A stretch of 64,000 nt of DNA, from positions 7,482 to 71,481 of the forward strand of contig JACRHH010000024.1 of the NCBI GenBank assembly GCA_016212095.1. Direction: 5' to 3'. Positions 37,861 to 47,267 of the stretch are shown here, piece after piece. The notes under the pieces are model-generated. The model made no database searches. It was given only the letters and a program-made list of their open reading frames with translations, and was not told the origin of the DNA. Position 1 is the stretch's first letter, and the number at the start of each line of letters is the position of its first letter. This DNA is from Nitrospirota bacterium. Lineage in GTDB: Bacteria; Nitrospirota; Thermodesulfovibrionia; SZUA-242. A program made the translations under genes and the position numbers.

Positions 37861-39505
37861 AGCTTATCCCCAGACGCTCGGCTATGGCCCTGTCGGCCAC
37901 CGAGAGGCCGTCGGACATGCCGATTGGAAGTTCGGTGGAACGCCCCATCGGAGCGAATATTTTTTTCAACTCAACGTCGGCAACGCGGAATACGTCCACC
38001 ACGCGCTGGGCCACCATGTCGGGGTCGAGCCTGCGATAGAGGCGCGGATCCTGCGTTGTGATTCCGCGCGGGCAGCGCCCGGTGTTGCAGAGGTTGCAGC
38101 GGTTATACTCGTCGCCCAGGCAATTGCCGGCCGACTGCATGATGTACTTGCCGATGTCAACGGCTGACGCGCCGAGCATTATCATCGCCGCAGCGTTTGC
38201 GGCCAGATGGCCGCCCTTGCCCATGCCGCCCGCCGCGATAAGCGGAAGCTCGTTCTGCTTGCCCTGGCTAACCAGATCGAGGTAGCACTCGCGGATGTTC
38301 GAGGCGATGGGGTGTCCCATCTTGTCCATCGAAACGTTGTATGCCGCGCCTGTTCCGCCGTCCTCGCCGTCGATGCAGAGAGCGGCGGCGTATGGATTGC
38401 GGGCCAGATTGTTCAAAACCGCGCGCGCCGTCTTTGAGCCGGATATTTTCGGATAGACCGGCACGCGGAAGCCCCAAGCCATCGACATCGCCTGAATCAT
38501 CTTGGCGACAGCCTCTTCAATCGAGTATTTGGTCTGATGAGTTGGCGGAGAGGCCAGATCGATAAACTCCGGAACTCCGCGAATCTTCGCGATAAGTTTC
38601 AGAACTTTGTACGCCATCAGAAGTCCGCCGTCGCCCGGCTTCGCGCCCTGGCCATACTTGATTTCGATTGCCGCCGGGTCTTCCTTCATGTCGGGAATCG
38701 CATGAACGATCTCGTCCCAGCCGAAGTAACCGGAGGCAATCTGAAGAATGAAATACTTCGCAAAACGCGATTTCAGCAGCCGCGGCGGCAGTCCGCCCTC
38801 GCCGCTGCACATCACAACCGGCATGCCCTCAACCTCGTTCAGGTAGGCAACGCCCATCGCAAGCCCTTCCCACATTGTCGGGGAAAGCGCGCCCACAGAC
38901 ATGCTGCCTATGCGGATCGGGAAAATTTCGCGCACCGGCGGGATGAACTTCTCGTTCATCTTCACAAGCTTGCCGTCTTTCACCGCAAGCGGAAGCTCCT
39001 CAGGCGGCAGGATGCGGCCCAGAAGCGAACGAACGCGGAACTCGTGGCGTCCGGCGTCGAGCGCCGGATCGGTGAGCATCGAGATGCGGGTGAACTTCAG
39101 CTTGTCAACAGTCGAGATGGACGGATCGTTCCTGCGTCCGCCGCGCTTGAAGGCGTCGCCCTTCTTGTTCTTGTAGATCAGGAAACGGTTGTGCGAATTG
39201 TAGACCGGCTTGATCGCCTCCGCCGGGCATACCAGACTGCATGTGCCGCAGCCGGTGCAGTAGCGGTCTATGTCGCGCGATTGAACAACAACATGGCGCG
39301 TGACCTTTTTGCTTGTCGGCATGGGCGATGCGCCTTCCGATTCCACCAGTCGCTGGGCCGCAACCGACGGCGTGATAGCCTTCACCGGGCAGACGGCGGT
39401 GCATTTGCCGCAGCGCGTACAGCGGTCTTCCCGCCACTCGATGATATACGGGAAATCCTGTATCGACAGATCGTAGTTGCTGTCTAGTTGCGAAGCTGGT
39501 TCCAA
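37850..39505 (-). CDS. glutamate synthase FMN-binding (GltB central) domain protein with N-terminal 2x[4Fe-4S] ferredoxin
   Basis: CTRCGKCTAVCP and CTGCGTCSLVCP. FMN-domain body (GAKPGDGG..., AAGGMGKGGH). Putative TTG start at 39505 with GAGGAGGTGA RBS overlapping the upstream stop. Confidence 0.75.
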   Translation of the reverse strand: MEPASQLDSNYDLSIQDFPYIIEWREDRCTRCGKCTAVCPVKAITPSVAAQRLVESEGASPMPTSKKVTRHVVVQSRDIDRYCTGCGTCSLVCPAEAIKPVYNSHNRFLIYKNKKGDAFKRGGRRNDPSISTVDKLKFTRISMLTDPALDAGRHEFRVRSLLGRILPPEELPLAVKDGKLVKMNEKFIPPVREIFPIRIGSMSVGALSPTMWEGLAMGVAYLNEVEGMPVVMCSGEGGLPPRLLKSRFAKYFILQIASGYFGWDEIVHAIPDMKEDPAAIEIKYGQGAKPGDGGLLMAYKVLKLIAKIRGVPEFIDLASPPTHQTKYSIEEAVAKMIQAMSMAWGFRVPVYPKISGSKTARAVLNNLARNPYAAALCIDGEDGGTGAAYNVSMDKMGHPIASNIRECYLDLVSQGKQNELPLIAAGGMGKGGHLAANAAAMIMLGASAVDIGKYIMQSAGNCLGDEYNRCNLCNTGRCPRGITTQDPRLYRRLDPDMVAQRVVDVFRVADVELKKIFAPMGRSTELPIGMSDGLSVADRAIAERLGISYAC

Positions 39506-40596
39506 ACCGTCACCTCCTCGGCGTTGGGCGAAATGATGACCATGTCGTACTTCATCGGGTAGATGTCGGTTGACTGATCGCGCTCCGGAATCGCCCGCGT
39601 GATGCCGCATTCCTCCGACATGAGCGCATACTTGCCCTTCACGCCGCCGACCGCGCCGGGCCGGAGTTTCTTTGAATCCTGAACCATGAAGACAGTGCCG
39701 TCGGGCGTGAAGCCGATCACGCAGTTCGGGCCGTCGATGCATAGCGGACGGAGCGATTTTTTCATCAGCCCAAGCGCCTCGCGGTCGCTTCGCCCCTCGA
39801 TCTCGCTGTCCTTGAGCGGCGTGATCACATCTTTATAGTAATTAAGCGGAAAACCGAGCGTCCGGCAGGTGTAGTGCAGGATGTGGGTGAAAACCTCGCT
39901 GTCCGAGTTGTAGCCTATATAGCCGGGGTTGCCCCGGCTCATCAGGAATTCGCGGATCGGCACGAAGGCGGTGTTCTCGCCGTTGGTCATCGATGCGTAG
40001 CCCTGAATGAAAAACGGGTGACAGGCGTACAGGTAAATTGCGTAGTTGGTGTTCTGGCGGCCTTGCGCCAGCGCGATTTTGGCCTTCAGGGAATCGGACT
40101 TGTCGAGGCCGAAAAACTGGGCAACCTCAAGCGGATCGCCAACTTCCTTAAGCGTAAGCACGTCGGGGTAGAACGAAAACGCGAATATCGACTGATCCGG
40201 TTCGCCGATTGCGCGAAGCTCAAGGCGGGTGCGCATGAGCAGGTCTTCCTTCTCGGACATCGGCCTGTCGCGCCACTCTTCCGGATATTCGTATGCCTTG
40301 GCGATGTAGAAATCGCGTTTCTGTATGCCGGGCATCGGCTTGATCCTGGGCGTCCACATATGCTTAACGCGGAAGCCCTTCGACTTCATGAAGTCGTCCA
40401 GAAGGGTCATGCCCTTCTGGGAGCATATGCCCGAAAGGATCGGATACTCCTTCAATCCCTCGAAATCCCCGCCAAGGTTCTTGAGCATCAGCCCAAGCCC
40501 GGAGCCGTCGTGGCCTTCCTTCATGGTTTCGAGGGCCATGATGGTTTCCATGGGCGAGAAATAGTCACTGGCTGTAATAGCGCTCAAACGGCACAT
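39484..40596 (-). CDS. class-II glutamine amidotransferase (GltB N-terminal domain-like, archaeal-type glutamate synthase subunit)
   Basis: MCRLSAI N-terminal Cys1 nucleophile directly after Met. RBS GAGGTGA. Confidence 0.8.
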   Translation of the reverse strand: MCRLSAITASDYFSPMETIMALETMKEGHDGSGLGLMLKNLGGDFEGLKEYPILSGICSQKGMTLLDDFMKSKGFRVKHMWTPRIKPMPGIQKRDFYIAKAYEYPEEWRDRPMSEKEDLLMRTRLELRAIGEPDQSIFAFSFYPDVLTLKEVGDPLEVAQFFGLDKSDSLKAKIALAQGRQNTNYAIYLYACHPFFIQGYASMTNGENTAFVPIREFLMSRGNPGYIGYNSDSEVFTHILHYTCRTLGFPLNYYKDVITPLKDSEIEGRSDREALGLMKKSLRPLCIDGPNCVIGFTPDGTVFMVQDSKKLRPGAVGGVKGKYALMSEECGITRAIPERDQSTDIYPMKYDMVIISPNAEEVTVWNQLRN

Positions 40597-40957
40597 AATT
40601 TCACCTCGTCGTGTTTGGGAGAACACCGGAATGCCGCAAAATCGCGTAGTGCCGGAACATCTCCAGACAGCTAGATAATTTATTACAAAGGTGGAAGTTC
40701 AGTCAAATTCAGGGCAGAAGCGGAATTAGCCGCATGTTGATACGTTTTTCTTGACTTCCAGCAAAACCGGCGGCTATTTTACGGCATCCGTGCGGTATGC
40801 CAAGGGGGGGGAGCAGTGCAGGATAGTCTCTGGCGGCAGCGAAAAATTCAACGAGAAACCGCCTGTCTATTCTGAAATAAGCCTTCTCTGGCCGGCTGGT
40901 GGCGGGAGATTATTGTGGCGATCGGATAAGCCCGGCTGCAATCAGGCCCATACAAGC

Positions 40958-42274
40958 TCACATCCCCTCGCTCATCGCCTTTTTCGACACCTTCCACGGA
41001 TTCCATGGGTCTTCGTAGGAACGCTTGTAGAAGAACTCAAGCGTGTAGGCCACCGTCCGCACAACCCGCAGGTAAAGTCCGGCGTAGAGCGGCGCGAGCG
41101 GGAGGTAGATGAAGAGCTTCACATCGTTGCGCCATCTTTCCGAGAGCGAGAGCATCACGATGAACTGAAGCAGGTTGAACGAGAGGTAGATGAGATAGTT
41201 CATCGGGATGATGAACTTCAGCATCGAGTGGTAGTTGTAGGCCATGTCGGCCATGTAGACGAACCACTTTATGTCGAGCACCACGTTGAAGAAGATGTTT
41301 TCAACAAACGAGAAAAAGTTTGAGAAAGAGAAGTTCTCGGTAGGCAGATACACATCCTTGTGCTTGCGAATGCGGAACCGCACCAGCGATTTATACCACC
41401 GAAGGCGCTGTTTCGTAAGCCCTGTGTACGTGGCCGGAGCGGTGGTGAAGCAGATGGCGGTCTTTTCGAAATGAATCTTGTAGCCGATCTTTCGAATCTT
41501 CACCGTAATGTCGCCGTCCAAACCGGGGCCGATGTCCCAGCCTCCCACGCGGTCGAGAATCTCGCGCCGGAACGCGCCGAATGCTCCGGGTATCACCCGG
41601 TAGATCCCCAGAAACGAGGCCACAGCCCGGCCAACAGAGATCGATTTCAGATACTCGACAGCCTGCATGCTGGTGCAGACGCTCTCGTCGGCGTTTCTCA
41701 CCTTGATATTGCCGCCTATTGCGCCGATCTCGTCGTCCATGTAGAACGGAACGAGGATGTTTTCAACCGCGTCGCGGTCGAACGACGAGTCGGCGTCAAG
41801 CAGAAGCACCAGCCCGCCTTTCGAGTACCGCAGGCCCAAGTTCGACGCCGACGCCTTTCCGCCCCTGATCTCGCTTCGCAGGTAGACGTCCAGAAAGCCG
41901 TTTTCCTTCAGATCGTCGCAGATGGTCTTGGTGTCGTCGTCCGAGCCGTCGTCAACCACGATGATTTCGAGGTTCTTGTACGTCTGCTCCCTGAGCGAGC
42001 GCACGAGCTTGTAGATGTTCTCGCCCTCGTTCTTTCCGGGAACTATCAGCGAAACCAGCGGAAGTTCGTCGAACAGCGCCTTTCTGGCCAGCCGCTCCCT
42101 GTTTCTGCTTGCAAAGCGCTTGACATGATACGCGCCCAGGAATACGAAATCGAAAACCACGTATCGCGGGAATTCCAGTATGAACGCGAACCAGAAGAAC
42201 CGGACGAGCTTGTGCGGATCGACGGTCTGCCAGAAGTTGAAGAACTCCAGAATGGGGTCTATGAAATCGTCCAT
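40958..42274 (-). CDS. family-2 processive beta-glycosyltransferase (NodC/chitin-synthase/PgaC/cellulose-synthase-like), multi-TM
   Basis: LVSLIVPGKNEGENI, DDGSDD (DxD), QRLRW (QxxRW) processivity motif. N- and C-terminal TM helices. Confidence 0.8.
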   Translation of the reverse strand: MDDFIDPILEFFNFWQTVDPHKLVRFFWFAFILEFPRYVVFDFVFLGAYHVKRFASRNRERLARKALFDELPLVSLIVPGKNEGENIYKLVRSLREQTYKNLEIIVVDDGSDDDTKTICDDLKENGFLDVYLRSEIRGGKASASNLGLRYSKGGLVLLLDADSSFDRDAVENILVPFYMDDEIGAIGGNIKVRNADESVCTSMQAVEYLKSISVGRAVASFLGIYRVIPGAFGAFRREILDRVGGWDIGPGLDGDITVKIRKIGYKIHFEKTAICFTTAPATYTGLTKQRLRWYKSLVRFRIRKHKDVYLPTENFSFSNFFSFVENIFFNVVLDIKWFVYMADMAYNYHSMLKFIIPMNYLIYLSFNLLQFIVMLSLSERWRNDVKLFIYLPLAPLYAGLYLRVVRTVAYTLEFFYKRSYEDPWNPWKVSKKAMSEGM

Positions 42275-42278
42275 GCAA

Positions 42279-43682
42279 TTATGGCGGGGCGATTTTGCCC
42301 ACGAAGGCGTCGAGGCTGAATTCCCCGGAAATTGGTACTATTTCGGTTTCGATCTTCGGTTCGAAGCCTGTGAAGTTGTCGTGGATCAGTTTGAGCAGAT
42401 TAGCCTTCAGCCGTTCCACCGGAATGCTTGCGGCCTCCAGAGGCGTGTCCGTGAAGAAGAACAGCAGCGTTGCCTCGTCGAGGTAGGAGATCATGTCGCT
42501 TGGCCGGATGCTGCCCTTTATGATCTCGATGATCTCCGGGAATATCTTTTCCCTGGTAACGCCCCGCACATAAAGATCGTAGAAGTTCACGAAATGCAGA
42601 TGGGCGACGCAGCCGTTTCTGGCCACGCGCTTGAAGCGCTCCACCTCGTATTCGATGTATTTGTTGAAGATGCCCATGTCCACAAGGCCTGGAATGCGTA
42701 TCACGTCCTTCATCGAGATGGTCACGCCGTATATGGCGGCGTGCTCGCCCTTCGATGTGAGCCGGTAGCTTTTCACGTCTTTTTCGATGAGGTTTTCTAC
42801 CAGAGTGTCGTTCTTGCAGTTGAAACAGAAGGCGCGCACCTTCGGATCCTGAAATTTTTCATTGCAGGTATTGCAGAAGTTGAGCGTGGCCGGCTTGTCG
42901 TAATCCACGCCGATGTGGCGCACCAGCCTGCCGCACTTGGGGCATATCATGTCGGCGCCCTCCTGCTTCCGGAAGTCGCTTTCCGGGCCGACGTAGGCGC
43001 AGGTGAAGTGATGCACGAGGTCTTCGGTCTTCAGGTTCGGGCCGCCGCACTTGGGGCAGGCCTCCCTGAAATTCAGGAATCCGCTGAAGCACTTGTCGCA
43101 AAGATGAATCCTGTCAACGAAAGTCCCCTCGATAAGGGTTTCGTGCTCGGCCATGTCGATGATGCTGAAGACGCGATGCTGATCCTCGCGGTCGAAGTTC
43201 ACCGAAACAAGCGGAAAGCTGTACCCGACGCGCGAACACGAATCGAGAACCGGCTCCATAACCATCTCCCTTGTGTAGAGAAACCGCAGCATCTTCATCA
43301 TGACGTACATCTCGAACGATTCGGTCTTGATGAGCTCCAGCCTGCTGATCCTGTCCTGAAGGTTTTTCATCCTGTAACCGATTTTCGACATTACAGCCGG
43401 ATCGATCTCTCCGTCGGAGAGCGCAAGAAGCGAGGCGTCCTTCACGCCCTCGTGAGATATGAGAAAAACCGGCTTCAGATATATGTTGTTCAGATCGAAG
43501 GTTCTCAGGCGCTTCAGGATGACGCGGGCGGCGTCGGTGTCGGTTGCGTCAAGCACCACGCCGTTATACTTGATGAACGTCTGCGCGTTAATCTCGTCCG
43601 GCTCGGAGAACGAAACCAGTTCAACCTCCTCGTTGCTGTTGTTGAACGAGGAGCCTTCCCGTATTATCTTGCTGATGCTCAT
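42279..43682 (-). CDS. Zn-ribbon-rich protein with C-terminal degenerate GGDEF domain (SYLDEA replaces RYGGDEF; RxxD I-site retained): candidate c-di-GMP receptor of the synthase operon
   Basis: Three CxxC...CxxC pairs (CDKC...CPKC, CPKCG..., CNTCN...CFNCK). C-terminal 170 aa align with the GGDEF fold (IPGLVDMGIFNKY... / RPSDMISYLDEATLLFFFTDTPLEAASIPVERLK). Confidence 0.6.
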   Translation of the reverse strand: MSISKIIREGSSFNNSNEEVELVSFSEPDEINAQTFIKYNGVVLDATDTDAARVILKRLRTFDLNNIYLKPVFLISHEGVKDASLLALSDGEIDPAVMSKIGYRMKNLQDRISRLELIKTESFEMYVMMKMLRFLYTREMVMEPVLDSCSRVGYSFPLVSVNFDREDQHRVFSIIDMAEHETLIEGTFVDRIHLCDKCFSGFLNFREACPKCGGPNLKTEDLVHHFTCAYVGPESDFRKQEGADMICPKCGRLVRHIGVDYDKPATLNFCNTCNEKFQDPKVRAFCFNCKNDTLVENLIEKDVKSYRLTSKGEHAAIYGVTISMKDVIRIPGLVDMGIFNKYIEYEVERFKRVARNGCVAHLHFVNFYDLYVRGVTREKIFPEIIEIIKGSIRPSDMISYLDEATLLFFFTDTPLEAASIPVERLKANLLKLIHDNFTGFEPKIETEIVPISGEFSLDAFVGKIAPP

Positions 43683-43700
43683 TGGCTAATAATGTCTCCG

Positions 43701-44750
43701 CTATATCGATTTCCGTAGAAAAACCTTCACGCTCAGTTTATAGTACTGCTTCCACTCAAGCCCTGCCTCCCTGTTTGGCGGCTCGATGTCCACGACAACC
43801 GTCCGCTTCACCGGCTCGTAACGCTTCTGGAACTCAGGCGGCAGGGGCTGGGTGGCGAAATAGTATCGTCTTATCACCCCGGTTGCCCGCGTGCCGTCAG
43901 GAAACCGAATTGAAACCTGCGCGCCGTTTCGCAGGTGCTTAATGTCCTCCTGCTCGAAAAACGCCTTTATTGCAATCTCTTCGGGCTTGTATATCTCCAT
44001 GATGGTGTCGCCCTTGAGCACAACCTCGTGGTCGTTGGGGTAGATGCGCGTCACCACGCCGTCTTCCAGCGCCAGGAATGTCTTTGCTCCGGCGGCAGAC
44101 TGGGCGGACTGCGCGGCCTGCCAGGCTTGCAGGTTTCTTGCCGATGCCGTTGCATTGATCCCGCGTATCCGGCCCAGATACTCCTTCATGATTCTTATCT
44201 CTTCGCCCGCCTTCGCGACAAGCGATTCGGTGTTTCTGATGCTCTCGGCCATTTCGCCAAGCCTGCCCGGATAATGCGCGTCGAGCAGCGCCTGGTTTTT
44301 AATCGTATCGTAGCCTGACTTGAGCTTTGCAAGCGATTCCTCGTAGCCTTTCCTGTCCAGCTCCCTGAGTTGGATGGCCTGAATCGTGCGGGAAATTTCC
44401 CGCTCGATGTCGGGCGAATAGAACGAGCTGTCCGATGCCTGCCGGAGGGCTGCATCGCCGCGCGATTCCTCCGCGTATGTGAAAAGCCTGTCGTTTCGCT
44501 TTACGGACGCGCCCTCCTTCACGAATATCTTCAACACCCGGATGTCGCTTGTATGCTGGATGTAGAGCTTGTCGAATATCACCTGCCCGTCGCCTTCGGC
44601 ATGGATCGAGCTGTCGATGAAGTAAAAGATGACGCTGATGACAATCAGGCCCAGCACCAGGAAATAGATATACTTGCCCCAGTTGCGCTTTCGCTCAGGC
44701 GGCTTTTCGTCGGTCGATCTGAAATAGCTGAACCGCTTGTTGAGTCTCAT
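43701..44750 (-). CDS. HlyD-family periplasmic adaptor (membrane fusion protein)
   Basis: N-terminal TM anchor, lipoyl-like and coiled-coil segments. C-terminal beta-barrel segment. Confidence 0.75.
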   Translation of the reverse strand: MRLNKRFSYFRSTDEKPPERKRNWGKYIYFLVLGLIVISVIFYFIDSSIHAEGDGQVIFDKLYIQHTSDIRVLKIFVKEGASVKRNDRLFTYAEESRGDAALRQASDSSFYSPDIEREISRTIQAIQLRELDRKGYEESLAKLKSGYDTIKNQALLDAHYPGRLGEMAESIRNTESLVAKAGEEIRIMKEYLGRIRGINATASARNLQAWQAAQSAQSAAGAKTFLALEDGVVTRIYPNDHEVVLKGDTIMEIYKPEEIAIKAFFEQEDIKHLRNGAQVSIRFPDGTRATGVIRRYYFATQPLPPEFQKRYEPVKRTVVVDIEPPNREAGLEWKQYYKLSVKVFLRKSI

Positions 44751-44754
44751 CCTG

Positions 44755-46890
44755 TTACTGCCGCCTTTGTAGTGGAAGCGCCTCGTTCATGCTCTTCTCG
44801 TCAAGCTCGATCAAGCCCTGCATGTCATGCACAGCCACTCGCGAAACGCCGGTTGCGTCGATCACCTTGCCGATGAATTCCTCCATCTCAAGCCGGTTTG
44901 CGAAATCCTTCGTCCGTATCGCGATGACTGTTTTTGGGCCGAAGGCGTCAATCTCCTCGCGCACCTTCCGCTTCAGCTTTTCGATGTCGGTTATCTCGTA
45001 GGCCATCACATATATCCTGTCGGCAAGCGAAGCGATCTGCCGCAATGTTTCCTCCGGGAAAAAGACAGGAATCGATACGCCCAGTTCCAGCTTCGCCGCG
45101 GAAGTTGCCTCCCGCGCCGCCTTGAGCATCGCAATGAAGGCCGCAAGCAATTCATCTTTCTTCTCCCTCCACTCCGGAAGCGTATGCGGCTCAACGTCGA
45201 GATGAACGCCGTCGAAGCCGAGCGAATGGGCCTGTTCGGCTATTTGGGCAAGCTTGGCGTGGTTTGCGGGACGTACAAGCTCGTTCGATCCGGCAAGCGC
45301 GTCTGTTTTCATGCCGCTCTCTCGCGCCTTTGCAAGTAACGCGGAAAGCCTGCCGGTGTCGGTTTTTTCGCCGATGGACAGCATTACGCCGCGCATCTCC
45401 TGATGCGCAAGATACATGGCAAGGAAACCGGTATCGATGCCGTTTACAGCCGCCGACCAAACGTATATTGATCGCTCGCCGCGATAACGCTCCGGCTCGC
45501 CGGGATTTTTCACGACGGCAACATGATCGAACACCGCCTCGCCGCCGGAAATCCGCTGAATTTCCAGCAGTTTCAGATATAGCATCTGCTTGACCTCTAC
45601 GCTCTCGAACTCCACGGCGAACTGTTCGTCCAGATACTGCATCATGTTCAGCGGGCTGTAGAGCGGATCGTCATACCCGCGTCTGACATCCTCCCTGCGT
45701 ATGCGTTCCCCGATCAGCCGCTTCTTGTGCGCGAGCTTCAGGTAATCGCTCATCTTGTACTGATATTCGTAATACGCGTCGCGCAGACGGTTCAGGTCGG
45801 CTTCGCGCCGTTTTTCCGCGTTCAGTTCGGCAAGCCTCTCCTCGATGTCGCCTATCTTCGAGTAATCGCGCCCGGACGCCGGAATCGGAACGCGGATGCT
45901 GACTCCGGCGGCCACGCTGTCGCGCATTCCACCGGCGAAAAGGTTGTCCATGTTGTAGCGGGCGAATACGCGCAGATTTGTTTCGGCAAGCAGATAATTG
46001 TCAGGACGCTTCAGCCGCTGCTTCTCGGCGTCGATCACATCGCCGTAGAACGGGTCTTTTTCCGCATCGCCAAGCAACGCGCCGATGTCGATGTCAAGCA
46101 CAGGCAGGTCTTTAGCGGCATCCGGCAGTTCCATTTCAGGTGTCGGCGCAAAAGTTCTGTTGAAGTTCAGGTAGTTGCGAAGCATTGTCTGGACGGAGGC
46201 CTTTTCCTGCTCAAGCCGGATGACATCCTCCCACTGAAACAGCCTGTAATGGCCCAGCTTGCGGGTGATTTCGATGTATCTGCCAAGCTCGTCCAGCCGT
46301 TCCTGAAGCATCCGCATCTTTGCAAGATTGAACAGGTAGATCGCGCGGTAGTAACTTCGCCCGAACGATTCGTCAACAGCCGCCCGCCGCGCCAGAACCT
46401 CTGCAAGCCTGATCTCGCCGCGCAGTCGTTCCTTCTCCGTGCCGCCGCCGAAATAGCCGTCTTTAAGCAGCTCCCATTCAAGCCCCAGATACGACGAACT
46501 GTCCAGCGTATCCCGCGCCTCATCGATCACCCCGTTTTTCAGGTTTGTGGCATACGATCCGGTGAGTTTCAGGCCAAAATCTTTTTCGATGGATGCGAGC
46601 CGTTCGATTCCGATCCTGCGCCTTAGTTCCTCCCCGGTCTCGCCGGCTGATGTCCCGGCCAGGAATCTTCTTGCGTTTTCAAGCTCGTTGCCGACTGGCG
46701 GCTCGCCGATGGTCAGCCTGGAATCGATGATGCGCTCGATTTCCTGAAAAAGACCTGCCGCGCTGCCGGTATTGGCCGAATTGGCGGCTTCGGCAGTATC
46801 CGCCGCTTCCACCTGAACTGCCTGAACTGGAACAACGCAGGCCAGAAACGCCAGCGCGGCCACAATAATTGCCTTCCATCCATGGAACAT
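44755..46890 (-). CDS. TolC-like outer-membrane factor fused to a C-terminal GH18-like (chitinase-fold) domain
   Basis: Signal peptide MFHGWKAIIVAALAFLACVVPVQA. OMF-like alpha/beta repeats in N-terminal 420 aa. C-terminal FDGVHLDVE (DGxDxDxE-like) and YVMAYE (MxYD-like) GH18 signatures. Start uncertain (ORF open to 47064). Confidence 0.55.
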   Translation of the reverse strand: MFHGWKAIIVAALAFLACVVPVQAVQVEAADTAEAANSANTGSAAGLFQEIERIIDSRLTIGEPPVGNELENARRFLAGTSAGETGEELRRRIGIERLASIEKDFGLKLTGSYATNLKNGVIDEARDTLDSSSYLGLEWELLKDGYFGGGTEKERLRGEIRLAEVLARRAAVDESFGRSYYRAIYLFNLAKMRMLQERLDELGRYIEITRKLGHYRLFQWEDVIRLEQEKASVQTMLRNYLNFNRTFAPTPEMELPDAAKDLPVLDIDIGALLGDAEKDPFYGDVIDAEKQRLKRPDNYLLAETNLRVFARYNMDNLFAGGMRDSVAAGVSIRVPIPASGRDYSKIGDIEERLAELNAEKRREADLNRLRDAYYEYQYKMSDYLKLAHKKRLIGERIRREDVRRGYDDPLYSPLNMMQYLDEQFAVEFESVEVKQMLYLKLLEIQRISGGEAVFDHVAVVKNPGEPERYRGERSIYVWSAAVNGIDTGFLAMYLAHQEMRGVMLSIGEKTDTGRLSALLAKARESGMKTDALAGSNELVRPANHAKLAQIAEQAHSLGFDGVHLDVEPHTLPEWREKKDELLAAFIAMLKAAREATSAAKLELGVSIPVFFPEETLRQIASLADRIYVMAYEITDIEKLKRKVREEIDAFGPKTVIAIRTKDFANRLEMEEFIGKVIDATGVSRVAVHDMQGLIELDEKSMNEALPLQRRQ

Positions 46891-47030
46891 GATCTGTCCG
46901 AATAACCTCTTAACTTCATTATCGTTTTTTTGCTGGATTTCTTGAGCGGAGAAGGTGAACTCTTGTTCCGGCGTCATGCTAAGATTAAATCCATGAGACT
47001 CTCTTGTTTCGGGAATGGAGGAGTACTTGC

Positions 47031-47267
47031 ATGGTAATGATTGAAGCAACCGTGGTTGACCCAACCCATTTGGAACTCGCGCAGCCCATCGCGGCGCTTC
47101 GAGGCCAGACTATTTTGGTTTCTGTCGCAGATATGCTTGGAGAGGATTCTGAGCGGCGAGATTGGCTGGATGTTTCAACCATATCGTTGCAGGCTGCGTA
47201 TGGCGATTCCGAACCCGACTACTCGCCTTCCATGGTCAAAGAGAACAATCCGGATTACGTTGCATGA
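47031..47267 (+). CDS. mazE: MazE/AbrB-like antitoxin
   Basis: Small acidic C-terminus, SpoVT/AbrB-like N-terminus (MIEATVVDPTHLELAQPIAALRGQTILVSV). Stop overlaps the toxin start (ATGA). Confidence 0.6.
   Translation: MVMIEATVVDPTHLELAQPIAALRGQTILVSVADMLGEDSERRDWLDVSTISLQAAYGDSEPDYSPSMVKENNPDYVA

Noticed and set aside
40597-40957. sigma-54 promoter for the glutamate synthase operon
   Set aside because: A GGCAC...TTGC candidate on the minus strand has a 14-nt spacing instead of 10. Not convincing.
42180-43718. 512-aa plus-strand ORF (and 41360-42319)
   Set aside because: Antisense to the GT2 and degenerate-GGDEF genes. No motifs.
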